Assembly: GCA_051294375.1 (NCBI GenBank)
Contig: CM119266.1
Location: forward strand, 17,106,087-17,170,086
Length of the DNA: 64,000 nucleotides
Direction: 5' to 3'
From: Paraspadella gotoi
Taxonomy: Eukaryota; Animalia; Chaetognatha
Under the pieces are notes generated by a model. It searched no databases and was not told the origin of the DNA. It saw only the letters and a program-made list of their open reading frames with translations. Below are positions 40,060 to 64,000 of this stretch, in pieces; the stretch's first letter is position 1; every line of letters begins with the position of its first letter. The position numbers and the translations under genes are program-made.

Positions 40060-40500
40060 CGTCTGTCCGTCCCCCTCAGCATTGATTGGATGGTTGGATT
40101 GGAGTAAAATTTTGTGTGTGGGTAGGAAAGTGTGTGATTGATCTGGATATTAATATGGAATAAAAATTATGCCAGTTGAAAAAAATTATGTCAGATGACC
40201 AAATTATGCCAGTTGACCAAATTATGCCAGTTTACCAAATTATGCCTGTTGACTAAATTATGCCAGTTGACCAAATTATGCCAGTTGACCAAATTATGCC
40301 TGTTGACCAAATTTTGCCAGTTGACCAAATAAAGCAAGTTGAATAAATTATGCAAGTTGACCAAATTATGCAAGCTGACCAAATTAGGCAAGTTGGTATT
40401 GGCGCAGCGACTGGTAATGATTGATAGATCATTTGATTTATAGATTTTTCCATAGTCTGTTAAGATTTGTTATGTTACGATTTGTTATGATCTTAAATTG
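40060..40500 (+). mobile_element. HINE family A internal fragment with 18-bp minisatellite
   Basis: Core aaattttgtgtgtgggtaggaaagtg and gttgaccaaattatgcca array. Confidence 0.65.
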
Positions 40501-41355
40501 AATGTTTGGAGTTAAGAGATAAAAAGTCCTGGGGCACTTTTTAGCTTAGACTAAGGTTGGTGGTTAAGTAAGTACTAAGTAGTATAGAATATTTTTTTTC
40601 CTAGGTGGTGATTTCATTTTTTTTATTTGGTGGTATTAAAGAGGCATCCTCCAATATATACCCTGATTCCGATTGATCACCCTCCCCTTTTTTTGATATT
40701 TGGCTTAAAGATTCAACAATATATGTCACTGCTTTAAACAGATACTTGACAGCTTTGGAATACAAGTAACCGGGGAGTCCTTTTCATGTTTTTTCTTGGA
40801 ATTATTTATTTTCTTTTACACTTTCGTAGAGCTTTATGCTGAACTCTTTTCAGCCCACAATTTTTTAGAAAAGGATTCTACTCAACTTTTTTTTCTCATG
40901 ACATCGATTCAGTTATTTTTTTCTTTTAACATGAGGTCTCATTTTCATTTGATCAAAATCTCGGAGCAGCTTCTCCAAATAGACCAGGGAAGAAAAACTC
41001 TTAAAAAAATCTAAAAAAAATTTTAAACACCCACGGTCAACCATAATAAGTTAAATTATCAAAAAATTAAAGTTAACCGAATTCCACCCTAAAAATAAAA
41101 AAAATTTACGATTGAGTTTAACGGTGAAGTTTTAACGGTTGAGGAATCTCTATTTTCAATTAAAATAGCGAAATTATTTTTTGTTTTGTTTTAATAATCT
41201 CCGGCAATTTTTATTTTCTAATTGATTGAAAGACATTTCGGACACCTGCCAATTTTTAAAGTTTATGAATTTAATAATTAAAGCAATTTTACTTTCAAAC
41301 TTGAAATCATTCAAGTTATGCTTCGGTAATTTTACAAACATTGGAGTTCATTTGA

Positions 41356-41455
<100 letters not shown>

Positions 41456-41564
41456 TTTAGTATTGGCCTTCAGCATTATTAGACAAAAGGACCCATTAGA
41501 CGTACTCGATACTGTCCTGGGTCAAGTGTAATCATTTCTATTTCTATTTCTATTTCTATTTCTC

Positions 41565-41632
<68 letters not shown>

Positions 41633-42428
41633 CTCTCTTCTCGACCTCCTTTACTATTTAAAAAAAAAATCATGTATTTGTATAATTTCTACAATTCCAG
41701 AAAAAAAAAGCTCATTACATTAATCAATCATTTGACGTAAATTTTATTAATAATTATAGACTCATTTTAAGCGACATACATTAGTTTTAATGTTTTCATG
41801 ACATAATTCATACTTCGTTCAATTTCTTTATTTCCAATAATGATACTGAAAGTCTTAGCCTTTTTTTTTTGATCAGCACGCTTCTGATGGGAGCCGATGG
41901 TAAGAGCTCTCATTTGAAAAAGAAACAAAAGACATAAGCTATCAATCATGAGGATTTTATATCATGAGGATTTTATATTCAGAATTTTGTAAAGAGAGCA
42001 CGTAGTACAGTTCTATTGATCTAGCTTTATTGGATAAACATTACAACGGATTTTGAATTTGGTATTATGTAGAAACATAAAGATATAAAAACTGTTTCGA
42101 ATTGGAATGATAAAAAACATCTTAAAATTAAGTATTAAGTTGACTTATTTTTCAGGTTTCTTAAACCTTCGTACATATTCTTTTTTAGACTATTCTTTAT
42201 ACCACAAAATGATTGTTTTTCAAAAATACATAAGACGGCAAAAATGGGAATGTTTACAGTACATAATACAGATAGAAAATACCTCCAAACCGCGTAATTC
42301 AAACTTTCTTCAAGTTTGAATTGAAATGTACACAATCAATGAGAATGTTATAGTTTTAGTATTGTCGCTTCAAACATCGTAGGGAGAATTTAATTTCTCT
42401 GTAACTGACATGTCATGTCGAGTCATGT

Positions 42429-63190
<20,762 letters not shown>

Positions 63191-64000
63191 CTGAGAAAAG
63201 GAAAGTATCATTTCTTACAAGACTTCATAAACATAATTATACAATTGTAAAAGTTGATAAAAACATTCTGCCACGTTATCATTAAGGAAGCAAGGTACAC
63301 TGGAAGTTAATAAGCGACCAATGTTTTGAGGCAGATAGCTAATTTAATAATATAAATTTCATAAAAGAAATACTTTTTGTGATAAGCATATAATGAAAAT
63401 ATAAACTAAATTATTATTAAACCCTATTAAAAATATTGCTAAGATAGTAAAATAAGACTTTTATGAAAACCCTATCATATATATGAGAAATGATCTAAAC
63501 TGCTACAATATGTAAATGAGATTGGAGTTCTATAACTCATTTATTGGTGATTAACATCGATTTATGAGGAAAACGCATATTATATTTATTTGAGCAATAT
63601 ATTTCGGTTAACATCGCTTAACCAATAACCATAGCTCATTTGCGAAGTGTTAATCACCAATACTATGTACTCATACCGCATATGCGATGACTCTTAAGCA
63701 ATATAACTCATTTGAAATGAACCACGAGTTTTTCTGCCGCGAGACGGATAACCCCCCGCTCATCAGCATAATATAGTTTAATCTCATGACACCAAAACTT
63801 CTGGATATCCGTGTCATTTGTCGAGATTTCTCATTTCCGTCGTTTTTGACTTCGTTTTCCATTAGCGTCTTGACACCAATTAACAATGGGGCGCCCTGTC
63901 AAAAGCCCGTTTGCCCAGTTCGTCCTGTTCGTCCGCATTTTATAATGGGAACAGACTTCTGTATTTCATTTAAACGTTTGAACTTTGATTATACTCAGGC

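Noticed and set aside
63671-63886. Candidate first exon of the GPCR
   Set aside because: Its gtatga donor is phase 0 in the open frame whereas the TM1 exon needs phase 1; an intermediate exon was not found, so it was left unassigned.

Overview
AT-rich, intron-rich animal (invertebrate) genomic DNA, not prokaryotic; most ORFs in the six-frame track are microsatellite or repeat artefacts. Manual GT-AG exon assembly gives four host genes on the minus strand: LASP (LIM-nebulin-SH3, 9 exons, 23115-1983), a typical 2-Cys peroxiredoxin (4 exons), a GDA1/CD39 NTPDase (10 exons) and a >20-kb FMRFamide-receptor-like GPCR with degenerate activation motifs whose 5' end was not resolved. Three genes are nested in introns. 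A divergent synaptobrevin-like R-SNARE with an unusually long post-TM tail lies on the same strand inside LASP. An ankyrin-repeat gene and an intronless 1061-aa secreted protein (dibasic-site propeptides, LDLa, 2 SRCR, long helical domain) lie antisense inside the GPCR. Introns are packed with Helentron-type non-autonomous elements, MITEs, palindromic Penelope-type hammerhead-ribozyme elements, solo LTRs with tRNA-like promoters and a tailless tRNA-Leu retrocopy. All exon boundaries were read by eye, and no database search was run.
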